Source of the DNA: an uncultured bacterium | GTDB taxonomy: Bacteria > Planctomycetota > DG-23 > CBDVDV01 | Assembly: GCA_965372835.1 (NCBI GenBank) | Contig: CBDVDV010000005.1 | Coordinates: forward strand, 1 to 45,024 | Direction: 5' to 3' | Length of the DNA stretch: 45,024 bases | In this document: positions 36,128 to 43,857 of the stretch, piece after piece | Layout: each line of letters opens with the position of its first letter | How positions within the stretch are numbered: position 1 is the stretch's first letter | Notes under the pieces: generated by a model | The model's input: only the letters and a program-made list of their open reading frames with translations | Told to the model about the DNA's origin: nothing | Database searches by the model: none | Translations under genes and position numbers: made by a program

Positions 36128-37339
36128 CTACGCTCCTAATTGGCGTCTGAGTTTGGCGGTTCGTTCCTGGCTCAGCCTTATGAGTTCATCCAGCCCGAAC
36201 GTCTGTTCGGGGCGGTTCCGGTCGCGGACCACGGCCACCCGCTCGGTACAACTATAGCAGGGGTCCACTGCGGCCATGGTGATGGCCACGTCGGACACCA
36301 ACTGGCCGATACAACTGGCCTTGAAACTGGGCACATTGACGAAACTGGGGGCGCGTATCTTGTGACGCACGGGGAAGTTTGACCCGTCGCTCTTGACGTA
36401 GTGGAAGGTTTCTCCCCGCGGGGCCTCCACGTGACCAATGCCCTCGCCCGGCGGAATCTCCCGCACCTCGGCCGAAATGGGACCGTCAGGTATCTGCTCG
36501 ATGCACTGCTGGATAATCTTAACCGACTCGTACGTCTCCAGCAGCCTGACCACGGCCTTGGCGAATACGTCACCTTCCTCCTGGACGATGACTTCCCAAT
36601 CGACCCGGTCGTAGGCGGCGTAGGGGTCGTCCCGGCGGACGTCGATGGGTACGCCGCTGCCCCGGGCCGTGGGCCCGGTCGCGCAGAAACGAATGGCGTC
36701 CTCTTTGCTGAGCACCCCGACACCCTTGAGCCGGGCGTGAAGCACCGGATCGTCCAGGACCGCCTTGGTGATCATGTCCAGGCCGGCTACCGCCTCACCC
36801 AACTTTTCGTTCACTACCGGCCAGAGGTCATTCGAGATCTCCCTGCGGACGCCTCCGACCCGGGCGTTGGCGTAGTTGATTCGACTACCGGTGAGAATCT
36901 CGAGCAGATCCAGCACCGGTTCCCGGTAGCGCCAGGCCCACATCCAGACCGTGTTGTACCCCAGGAAGTGACCGGCCAGGCCCACCCAGAGCAGGTGGCT
37001 GTGGACGCGCTCCAACTCGTTGACGATGGTGCGCAGGTAAAGGGCCCGCTCCGGCACCTCAATGCCCGCCAACTCCTCCACCGCCTGCACGTAGGCCAAC
37101 GGATGGCTGGCTGAGCAGATGCCGCAGACCCGTTCCACCAGGAAGGGAATCTGGTCGAAGGTCTTGGTGGTGCACAGTTGCTCGATGCCCCGGTGGTTGT
37201 AGGAAAGGCGCACGTCCATGTCCACTACCCGCTCACCCTCGATGGTGAGTTGGAAGAACTCCGCTTCCTCCTGGAGCGGATGGAAAGGACCGATGGGGAG
37301 CAGCGTCCTGTGCGTCTTGCTCGTCTTTTCCACCGTCAT
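36128..37339 (-). CDS. Group 4 [NiFe]-hydrogenase large (catalytic) subunit
   Basis: IGPFHP, YNHRGIE, L1 ERVCGICSASH, ELERVHSHLLW, GPTARGSG, EAPRGE, L2 DPCYSCTER followed by a 36-aa extension. Confidence 0.93.
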   Translation of the reverse strand: MTVEKTSKTHRTLLPIGPFHPLQEEAEFFQLTIEGERVVDMDVRLSYNHRGIEQLCTTKTFDQIPFLVERVCGICSASHPLAYVQAVEELAGIEVPERALYLRTIVNELERVHSHLLWVGLAGHFLGYNTVWMWAWRYREPVLDLLEILTGSRINYANARVGGVRREISNDLWPVVNEKLGEAVAGLDMITKAVLDDPVLHARLKGVGVLSKEDAIRFCATGPTARGSGVPIDVRRDDPYAAYDRVDWEVIVQEEGDVFAKAVVRLLETYESVKIIQQCIEQIPDGPISAEVREIPPGEGIGHVEAPRGETFHYVKSDGSNFPVRHKIRAPSFVNVPSFKASCIGQLVSDVAITMAAVDPCYSCTERVAVVRDRNRPEQTFGLDELIRLSQERTAKLRRQLGA

Positions 37340-37353
37340 TGCCAATCCTTCCT

Positions 37354-37409
37354 GTAGAGGCGGCGCTTGCCCCGCCCAAAGGCGAGGGCGCAGCGAGCAG
37401 TGCCCCTAC
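37354..37409. repeat. Inverted pair of 24-nt GTAG-type REP-like sequences (REPIN-like)
   Basis: + GTAGAGGCGGCGCTTGCCCCGCCC (37354-37377) and - GTAGGGGCACTGCTCGCTGCGCCC (37409-37386), 8-nt spacer, intergenic. Confidence 0.6.
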
Positions 37410-37415
37410 TGCTGC

Positions 37416-37880
37416 TTATCTCCGACCGTAGTTGGGCAGTTTCTCCCTCGATTCCCGGCGCAGGGGGTAAAAGCCTTCCGGCCAGTCGTCGGCCAGGATG
37501 AGCCGACGCATGTCCGGATGTCCTCGGAACTTCACGCCGAGCAGGTCGTAAATCTCCCGTTCGATCCAGTTGGCCCCCTCCACGAGGGTAGCCACCGAGT
37601 CGATCTCCGGCGTGGGCTTCGCTGCCGAGGTCCGCACGGTCACCACCCCCTCCAGTTGGTCGAAGCAGAAGTGGTAGAGCAGGTCGATTTCGTCCCGGCC
37701 GTCCACCCCACTGATGGTCGCTAAGCGTCCGCCCGCGTCTTCGAAGAGGTAACGTACCACCTCCCGGATGCGCTCCGGACGGACGGTCACCCAGGTCCGT
37801 CGCGGCGAACGCTCCTCGACGGCCAGCACGGCGTCGGCCAGTCGGCTCTGGATGCTTCCGACCAGTTCACTCAGGCTCAC
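37416..37880 (-). CDS. Hydrogenase NuoC/MbhK-like subunit
   Basis: RLATISGVD, LYHF, GANWIEREIYDLLG..F.GHPD.RRL.L.DDWP...YPLR. Confidence 0.92.
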   Translation of the reverse strand: MSLSELVGSIQSRLADAVLAVEERSPRRTWVTVRPERIREVVRYLFEDAGGRLATISGVDGRDEIDLLYHFCFDQLEGVVTVRTSAAKPTPEIDSVATLVEGANWIEREIYDLLGVKFRGHPDMRRLILADDWPEGFYPLRRESREKLPNYGRR

Positions 37881-38328
37881 TGCCGTTCCCTCCGCCCCCC
37901 AAGGCTCCCAGGGCCTTGACCACCCCCAAGATCATGGCTTCGGGCTTGGGTGGACAGCCCGGTACGTAGGCGATGATGGCGTCCGGATCGACCTCGCGGA
38001 TGACTTCGTCCACAGGCCCGGCGGCGTGGTAGGAGTCCTTGAAAATGCCCATGGAGCAGGCGCAGCCCCCGATGCAGAACACCACGCAGGGCTTGGGGGT
38101 CTGGCGATAGATCTCTTGCAGGCGCGGGCGGATCTGGCGGGTGCAGATCCCGGTCACCAGCAGGGCGTCGGCGTGTCGGGGGCTGCCCACGAGCATGATG
38201 CCGAACCGCTCCACGTCAAAGCGGGGGGTCAAGAGCTCCAGCACCTCGATGTCGCAGTTGTTGCAGGCCCCCGCGTTCACGTGGTACACCCAGGGCGACC
38301 GCTTCAGTCCCCAGAGCTGCCAACTCAT
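37867..38328 (-). CDS. Group 4 hydrogenase small subunit (NuoB/MbhJ-like)
   Basis: SPWVYH..GACNNCDIE, PRFDVERFG, SPRHAD.LLVTG, IGGC, YVPGCPPKPE. Confidence 0.94.
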   Translation of the reverse strand: MSWQLWGLKRSPWVYHVNAGACNNCDIEVLELLTPRFDVERFGIMLVGSPRHADALLVTGICTRQIRPRLQEIYRQTPKPCVVFCIGGCACSMGIFKDSYHAAGPVDEVIREVDPDAIIAYVPGCPPKPEAMILGVVKALGALGGGGNGSEPE

Positions 38329-38343
38329 CGGTCCCTCTCCACT

Positions 38344-39273
38344 TCAGTAGCCTGCCATCGCCAGCACCACCGCCACCATCGCGATCGGCGCCAGCAGGAA
38401 CCAAAAAAACTTCAGCGCCTGGTCAATCCTGAGGCGCGGGTTCGTATTGCGGATCACCACCATGATAGCCACGATCACCACCAACTTCACCACTCCCAGG
38501 ACCAGCTCCAGCGGCCCAGGCCCGAACCCACCCCAGAACACGGTCACCAGCGTCGCCGGCAGTATCGCCAGCAGCATGGCTCGAGTCAAGTGGATGAGAG
38601 CCAGTGGGGGCCCTGAATACTCGACGAACACGCCACTCATGATTTCCGTCTCGGCCTCGGCGATGTCAAAGGGCACCGCCCCAACCTTGGCCTGCATGGC
38701 CAGGATGGCCACTACGAATCCAATCAGGCCACTGGGGTAAAGCAGCATCGACCGGCCGGCCCACTGCTGCTCGAGCACCGCCCCCAGCGACAGGGTAGAG
38801 CCCGCCCGGATGATCACCGTCAGGAGGGCCAGCACGAAGGCCAGTTCGTAGGCCAGTACCAGTTTCATCTCCCGACTGGCCCCTAACCCGGCGTGCGGGC
38901 TGCCCGAACTGGATGCTCCCAAAATGACAGCCAGTGAGGGGATGGCAAGTATGTAGACGAGCACAACCAAGTCACCGACAAAGCCCGCTTGCGGGTTCAA
39001 ATTCACTGCCACCAGCAGCGCTGCCGACACCGCCACGGCGGCGAAGCCGACCACCGGCGCCAGCAGGAACCCCCACCTGTTGCCGGCCGCCGGAACCAGG
39101 GTCTCTTTGCCCAGCAGTTTGACCAGGTCGGCGAAGGGCTGGTAGATGGGGGGGCCAACCCGCCATTGCACCTTGGCCGTCACCTTGCGGTCGACCCAGC
39201 GCACCAGCAGCCCCACCACCGCGGTCCCCACCACGGCCGCCACCATCACCGCCGCCGTTCCTATCGGCGTCAC
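38344..39273 (-). CDS. Membrane anchor subunit (NuoH/MbhM/HycD-like)
   Basis: DRK..A..Q.RVGPP..QPFADLVKLLGKE, GASRE, PFDIAEAETEI..G...EYSG, NPRLRIDQ; start GTG 39273. Confidence 0.92.
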   Translation of the reverse strand: MTPIGTAAVMVAAVVGTAVVGLLVRWVDRKVTAKVQWRVGPPIYQPFADLVKLLGKETLVPAAGNRWGFLLAPVVGFAAVAVSAALLVAVNLNPQAGFVGDLVVLVYILAIPSLAVILGASSSGSPHAGLGASREMKLVLAYELAFVLALLTVIIRAGSTLSLGAVLEQQWAGRSMLLYPSGLIGFVVAILAMQAKVGAVPFDIAEAETEIMSGVFVEYSGPPLALIHLTRAMLLAILPATLVTVFWGGFGPGPLELVLGVVKLVVIVAIMVVIRNTNPRLRIDQALKFFWFLLAPIAMVAVVLAMAGY

Positions 39274-39330
39274 GTCTGACCCCTTACGTCTGCTCCACAA
39301 ACTCTCGAAGCAGACTCTTGTGCTGCTTCC

Positions 39331-39834
39331 TTACCGTCGTTTGAGCGGATGGTGCCCCGCAGCACGAGCCCCTAACACCAGGAGCCCCTCCTGCTCCATT
39401 TCCCTGGGCACGGCGAAACGCAACGCCTCCGTGGGACACGCCGCCACACAGCGGGGCTCAAGCCCCGCCGACACCCGGTCCTCACACAAGTCGCACTTGG
39501 GTGGCGAGTGGCGGGTCAGTTCAGGGTCCAACACCCCGAACGGGCAGGCCTGCACACAGGAGCCACACCCGCGACACATGGCCAGGCTGCGCTTGGCCAC
39601 CCCCTGCTCGTCGCGGTACATCGCCTCAGCCGGACAGACGGCCACACACGCCGCCTCCTCGCACTGTCGGCAGATGACCGGAAGTTTCCCCACCGGCAAC
39701 TCAGCGTACTGCACTATGGGAAGGTCAGTGTGTGCGTAATAGCAGGCTGCTGAGCAGCTGCGACACTCGATGCAGAGGTCCAGGTCGAGCATCACCCGCT
39801 TGTCGATCACCTCGGCCATTCGCTGACTACCCAT
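39331..39834 (-). CDS. 4x[4Fe-4S] electron-transfer protein (DmsB/HycB/CooF-type)
   Basis: CIECRSCSAAC, CRQCEEAACVAVCP, CRGCGSCVQACP, KCDLC..PRCVAACP. Confidence 0.9.
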   Translation of the reverse strand: MGSQRMAEVIDKRVMLDLDLCIECRSCSAACYYAHTDLPIVQYAELPVGKLPVICRQCEEAACVAVCPAEAMYRDEQGVAKRSLAMCRGCGSCVQACPFGVLDPELTRHSPPKCDLCEDRVSAGLEPRCVAACPTEALRFAVPREMEQEGLLVLGARAAGHHPLKRR

Positions 39835-41578
39835 GTTCGCTCCCCGCGGTCATCGGGCTGACTGCTTTGGCCGTCACCGTCACCGGACCGCTGGGAAGCC
39901 GGTCGCCCTTGACCGGCACCGGCCAGCCAAACAGCCCACGCACCTCGGGGAAGTTCCCACTGGCCACGACGATTCTCTCGCCCAGGTCCTCACGCACGAC
40001 ACACGCCAGTGACACTTCCGCCGCCGCGCTGCTGAGGCGGAGTTCGTCGCCGGCCTCGACACCCAACTGCCGACCCAGTTCCGGACTCACCGCTGCCTGC
40101 GCCGCCGGCTCCATTACCCGAGCCCAACTGGCGAAACGGGTCAGAGTGCTAACGTCGTAGTGTACCGGGCTGCTCGTGCCCAGAAGCCAGAATTCCTCCC
40201 CACCCACTTTGCGAGGGGCGCTCACTTCCTTCAGCAAAGACTCCGTCGGCGGAGCCACCGGCAGTTCAAGGCTGCCCGCTTCCGGAGCACTTATTGTGGG
40301 CAACGCTGTGGCCAACTCCTGGCCCAGGGCGGCAAGGAGCGCACGTCCCGCGACCGCGCCGCGCGGCGGCAGGACCAACGGCTCGGCCGTTTCTGCTCGG
40401 CCGAAGCAGTCCACCACCGTCCCGCCGGCCTCGGCCGCCAGGGCCAGTGGGAGGACCACATCCGCCGCTTCCCCGGTCAGCGTGGGCAGGGACTCGGCGA
40501 CCACCAGAACCTCCAAGTTCCCCAGCGCCTCCCGGCTCAGCCCCGATGGCAAAGACGCCGTCGGGTCTCCTCCCAGAACCATGAGCGCTCGCAGTTCTCC
40601 CGCCTGGAGCCGGCGCAGAAGTTCGACCAGGGGCTTGGCCCCGGCGTTGGCGGCCAGGGCCAGCGCCGCCCGCGCATTTCCGTAGCAGGTCAACGCAAGC
40701 ACTTTGGCTTTCGCCGCCTGGGCTATCGCCCGCGCGGCGACGGCGAGCGCCACCGGCGCTCCGGTACGCGTAAGTTCCGGGGCCAGCAAGAGAACGGGAC
40801 GTTCGGCTCCCCGGAGCGTTTCGGCCAGTCGGGCGAGGTCGGAACTGAGAGCGTCAAGTTCTGCGGCCCGCTCGTCATCGGCCAGGGGGCCGAGCGCGTC
40901 CCGGGGAGCGCCCAGTTCCCGGGCCACCCGGGCCAGGGCCCAGGGCTCAAGCCCCGGTGGCACGGCGAGCCACTGGGTGGCGAAGCGGGAGGTGACGTTG
41001 GCTATCGAGTCGATCACCGTCAGCGTAGCCTCTCGGCTCGCCAGCTTCGCTTTTAGGAGGGGTCCGGCGATGACCGGGTGACTGGTAAAGGGGTCACCCA
41101 CCACCAGAGTCACATCGGCCTGGGCCAACTCATCGGGGGAAGGCGGTTCAGCGCTGCCTCCCAGGCCGCGCAGGAGTGCCTCGTCGCTGGGGGGAAGGAA
41201 GACCGACCAGGCCGCCCCCTCCAGGCAGTGCTCGGCGAACAGTCCGCCAGCAGCAATGTCCTCAGCGGGAAGGTTCCCATCGACCAGAAGGGCGACAGCC
41301 CCCGGGTCCCACACGCCCTTGAGCAACGCAGCCAGTTCGGCCAGGGCCTGGGCCAGGGGCAGGGACCGTTCGACCCCTCCGGTGCGCAGGAGGGCCAGAT
41401 TCCGACGCTCGGGATGACCGGCGAGTTCGCAGGCGGTGTGCCCGCGGCCACAGAGACCCCGTAGCCCGTCCTCCCGCTTGGGGTACTGGGGGAGGTATCG
41501 GTCAGCGGGCGTCCGCTCAGCGTCTATCGGACAGAGCAGCGAGCAGAAGTAGCAGCGAGCCCGTGCGCCCTCAGCCAT
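39827..41578 (-). CDS. Molybdopterin-oxidoreductase-fold protein with N-terminal [4Fe-4S], no evident Mo ligand (NuoG C-terminus-like)
   Basis: CYFCSLLC..LCGRG cluster motif; AD..LVVGDP..SHP; ADVVLP..AE..GT; C-terminal dinucleotide-binding-like domain; start ATG 41578 after AGAGGA. Confidence 0.8.
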   Translation of the reverse strand: MAEGARARCYFCSLLCPIDAERTPADRYLPQYPKREDGLRGLCGRGHTACELAGHPERRNLALLRTGGVERSLPLAQALAELAALLKGVWDPGAVALLVDGNLPAEDIAAGGLFAEHCLEGAAWSVFLPPSDEALLRGLGGSAEPPSPDELAQADVTLVVGDPFTSHPVIAGPLLKAKLASREATLTVIDSIANVTSRFATQWLAVPPGLEPWALARVARELGAPRDALGPLADDERAAELDALSSDLARLAETLRGAERPVLLLAPELTRTGAPVALAVAARAIAQAAKAKVLALTCYGNARAALALAANAGAKPLVELLRRLQAGELRALMVLGGDPTASLPSGLSREALGNLEVLVVAESLPTLTGEAADVVLPLALAAEAGGTVVDCFGRAETAEPLVLPPRGAVAGRALLAALGQELATALPTISAPEAGSLELPVAPPTESLLKEVSAPRKVGGEEFWLLGTSSPVHYDVSTLTRFASWARVMEPAAQAAVSPELGRQLGVEAGDELRLSSAAAEVSLACVVREDLGERIVVASGNFPEVRGLFGWPVPVKGDRLPSGPVTVTAKAVSPMTAGSEHG

Positions 41579-41586
41579 CGTGTCCT

Positions 41587-42435
41587 CTAAAAGAGATTTG
41601 GATAATCTTTCACATCGGCGTAGCAGACGTCGGGCCCGTCCTTGCACAGGTAGATGGGACCGACGTTGCAGCGGCCGCACTTGCCGATGCCACAACTCAT
41701 CTTCCGGTTCATCGACAGGTAGATCTGCTCGGGGGGGAAGCCCACCTCCAGCAGTTTCAGGGTGACGAACCGGAGCATGATGCCGGGACCGCAACTGAAA
41801 GCGTAGCAGTTGGCGATGTCCACGTCCGGGTCCTCAAGCAGCGTGGTCACCAGTCCCACCCGTCCGGTCCAGCCCGCCGCCTCGCGGTCCACCGTTTCGG
41901 TGACGTCCACGTTGGGTCGGCCGCGCCAGTCGTCAAAACTCTTGTGGTAGAGGAGTTCGGCCGGCTCCCGGGCGCCATACTTGATGGACACCCGCTTGGT
42001 GCCACAGTCCTTCTCCAGCAGGGCCAAGATGAGGGCCCGCAGCGGCGCCAGTCCCACCCCACCACCGACGATGAGCACTTCCTTTCCGGCAAGTTTGTCG
42101 ATGGGGTAGCCCTTGCCGAAGGGCCCCCGAAGCCCCAGCGTCGCCCCAGTCTCAATCTCGTGGAGCCGATCGGTGACCTTGCCGGTCCGAAGCACCGTCA
42201 CCTCGATGCGCTCAGGCTTGTAGGGACTGGAGGAGGGCGTGAAGGGCGCCTCGCCCACGCCGGGAAGGGTCAGTTGCACGAACTGCCCGGCCCGGAAGGG
42301 CATAGGCTCGGGGGGCTCCAGGACGAAGGTCTTGATGGTCGGCGTCTCCTCAACGACCTCCACCAGTTTGGCCGGCACGGGCTCGTAGGGGTTGGGCTTG
42401 AGCGCCGCGGAGCCGGTCGTGGTTCCTGTCGTCAT
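41587..42435 (-). CDS. FAD/NAD(P)-binding [2Fe-2S] oxidoreductase (AsrB/sulfhydrogenase gamma HydG-like)
   Basis: AGQF, GEAPF, RGPFGKGY, GGGVGLAPLR, YGAR, CGPGIM, RKMSCGIGKCGRC..LCKDGP. Confidence 0.92.
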   Translation of the reverse strand: MTTGTTTGSAALKPNPYEPVPAKLVEVVEETPTIKTFVLEPPEPMPFRAGQFVQLTLPGVGEAPFTPSSSPYKPERIEVTVLRTGKVTDRLHEIETGATLGLRGPFGKGYPIDKLAGKEVLIVGGGVGLAPLRALILALLEKDCGTKRVSIKYGAREPAELLYHKSFDDWRGRPNVDVTETVDREAAGWTGRVGLVTTLLEDPDVDIANCYAFSCGPGIMLRFVTLKLLEVGFPPEQIYLSMNRKMSCGIGKCGRCNVGPIYLCKDGPDVCYADVKDYPNLF

Positions 42436-43484
42436 TCGGAGAACTCCTTGAGGAGTTTACGCAAGTCCTCGCCTCCCATGCAGGCGTCGATGCAACGGCC
42501 GCAGCCCACGCATGCTAACCGACCGAAGTTCTCGGGGAACCACTGAAACTTGTGCAGGATGCGGTTCTCCAGTCGGCTGCGCAGTTCGGCCCGGGGGTTG
42601 GGCTTGACCCCGCCGACCCCGGCCATCCGTGAGTAGTCGGCGTAAAGACAACTATCCCAGACCTTCACCCGCTCAAAGCGCTCGCCTCCTTCACCAGCCA
42701 GTTGATCGTAGAGCAGGAAGCAATGACAGGTCGGGCAGATGTTGGTGCAGGCGGTGCAGGCCACACAGGTGCGCACCGCCTCCCGCCAGGCTTCTGAGTC
42801 CCGGGCCCCCGCCACCACTTCCTGGTGGGGGTGGGGGAGTTCGTAGTCGCGGTTCTGCTCCTGAAGTTTCTCTACGGTGGCGGTACGCATTTGCTCCCGC
42901 TCGGCCAACTGCTCCGGTGTGGCCTGGGGAAGGGCTTCGCCCAGGCCATCGAGCAGGGCCTGCCCCTTCTCCGAGTCCACTTCCACCACGTAGCCGCCCT
43001 CGATGGGGGAGAGGTTGAGGTCGAAGCCGGACTCGGCGAAGGGCTTACCGCCGACCAGGTTGCAGTGACAACTGTCCTGGATTTCGGCGCAATCTGTGGT
43101 GATGAGGGTGATAGCCTCCCGGCGGGCGCGGTAGAAGGGGTCCTGGAAATCTCCCTCCAGGAAGACTTGGTCCAGGATGCGGATGGCCTCGACCTCGCAG
43201 GCCCGGGGGCCGGCAATGACACCCGGCACCCCCTGCTGTTCGGGCAGGCCAGGTTCGGTCTGCTCGCCGTAGACGGCGACCAACTCCCTGACGGGGAACA
43301 GGAGCGACTTGACCGAGGCCACCGGCCGAGGTGAGCGCAGGGTGAGGCTGGGAAGAGTCTCCTCGTTGACCGGGGCGTAGACGAGTTCCGAGTCCTGCTC
43401 GATGAGGGCGAATGGGCGCTGGGCGGTCGGCCCACTGAGCAGGGCGCCCAGTTGGACCTCCCTCAGGAAGAAACACTTCCCCAT
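42432..43484 (-). CDS. Fe-S protein (AsrA/sulfhydrogenase beta HydB-like)
   Basis: SVKSLLFP.RE, G.RACE, LD.VF..DPFY..RRE, C....SCHC, CVACTACTNICPTCHC, VWDSC, HKF, CVGCGRCIDAC; RBS GGGGAGG. Confidence 0.9.
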   Translation of the reverse strand: MGKCFFLREVQLGALLSGPTAQRPFALIEQDSELVYAPVNEETLPSLTLRSPRPVASVKSLLFPVRELVAVYGEQTEPGLPEQQGVPGVIAGPRACEVEAIRILDQVFLEGDFQDPFYRARREAITLITTDCAEIQDSCHCNLVGGKPFAESGFDLNLSPIEGGYVVEVDSEKGQALLDGLGEALPQATPEQLAEREQMRTATVEKLQEQNRDYELPHPHQEVVAGARDSEAWREAVRTCVACTACTNICPTCHCFLLYDQLAGEGGERFERVKVWDSCLYADYSRMAGVGGVKPNPRAELRSRLENRILHKFQWFPENFGRLACVGCGRCIDACMGGEDLRKLLKEFSE

Positions 43485-43592
43485 CAACGCCTCCCCACAA
43501 CCGGCACAGCCTCTGCTTCTTGCCTGCCCGCCCGCTATCGGACCCGACCATGGATGCTCAAAGGCAGTTGCCTGAACTGACCAGGCCAGATC

Positions 43593-43623
43593 ACACTACC
43601 AAGCCAGCCCCAGACTTCGTGAA
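43593..43623 (-). promoter_or_regulatory. Putative extended -10 promoter of the hydrogenase operon
   Basis: Minus strand TG-G-TAGTGT (-10 at 43598-43593); the -35 region overlaps the Rex-like site. Confidence 0.4.
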
Positions 43624-43634
43624 GACCTTCACAA
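43617..43634. promoter_or_regulatory. Rex-type operator (NADH/NAD+-sensing repressor site)
   Basis: TCGTGAA-GACC-TTCACAA, one mismatch to the Rex consensus TTGTGAA-N4-TTCACAA, about 130 bp upstream of the first operon gene. Confidence 0.7.
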
Positions 43635-43641
43635 GCATGGG

Positions 43642-43823
43642 CAAAAAATATAGCCCCGGCGGTGTTCGGTCAGGCTGGCCGAAGCGTCGGAGCCGATTAG
43701 CCTTCCACAAGCCTGGCGCAACCCGGCAAGGTACTGCTCCCAGCGCCTTGAACTTCGGCCCATCGACGCAGACCACCCGGTTGTCCTACCCCGTTGTCTC
43801 GCTCGGTAGTGCGCCGAGAGTCG
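43642..43823 (-). ncRNA. Candidate structured ncRNA, 6S RNA-like rod
   Basis: Minus-strand promoter upstream and a TATATTTTTT end give about 180 nt; long imperfect stem (CCGGGUGGU/ACCGCCGG, GUC/GAC, GGCCGAAG/CUUCGGCC, CAAG/CUUG, CUGG/CCAG) with an asymmetric internal loop; strand not certain. Confidence 0.45.
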
Positions 43824-43829
43824 TTTCTC

Positions 43830-43857
43830 CTTATATCCCCAGGGCGTGGACTGTCAA
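43830..43857 (-). promoter_or_regulatory. sigma70-type promoter for the candidate ncRNA
   Basis: Minus strand TTGACA (43857-43852), 16 bp, TATAAG (43835-43830). Confidence 0.55.

Noticed and set aside
36128-39273. Calling the cluster NADH:quinone oxidoreductase (nuo) or an Mbx/Ehr-type non-hydrogenase complex
   Set aside because: Both CxxC Ni-binding motifs, a cleavable C-terminal extension and a maturation protease are present; nuoA/E/F/J are absent.
39827-41578. Formate dehydrogenase/formate hydrogenlyase, possibly with selenocysteine
   Set aside because: No active-site Cys/Sec-His motif, no in-frame TGA, and no fdhD or formate transporter nearby.
795-43435. Many long antisense/alternate-frame ORFs (e.g. 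6775-8649 -, 15098-16723 +, 27000-28487 -, 34294-36105 +)
   Set aside because: Shadow ORFs expected at high GC opposite well-supported genes; no recognisable motifs.
41587-43484. Anaerobic sulfite reductase asrAB
   Set aside because: No asrC (siroheme subunit) in the window; the genes are coupled to the hydrogenase operon.
43690-43750. GAGCAG..GCCGGG..UGUGG segments reminiscent of a NiCo riboswitch upstream of a Ni enzyme
   Set aside because: Spacing is too short for the four-way junction and the GCA(A/G)CA and GGGACAG elements are missing; a cmscan would settle it.
43591-43776. 61-aa minus-strand ORF starting VCVDGPKF, resembling the C-terminal CxDGP motif of PyrK/NfnA/AsrB
   Set aside because: An in-frame TAG lies four codons upstream, the CGxGxC part is absent, and the ORF runs through the Rex site and the RNA stem; most likely chance.
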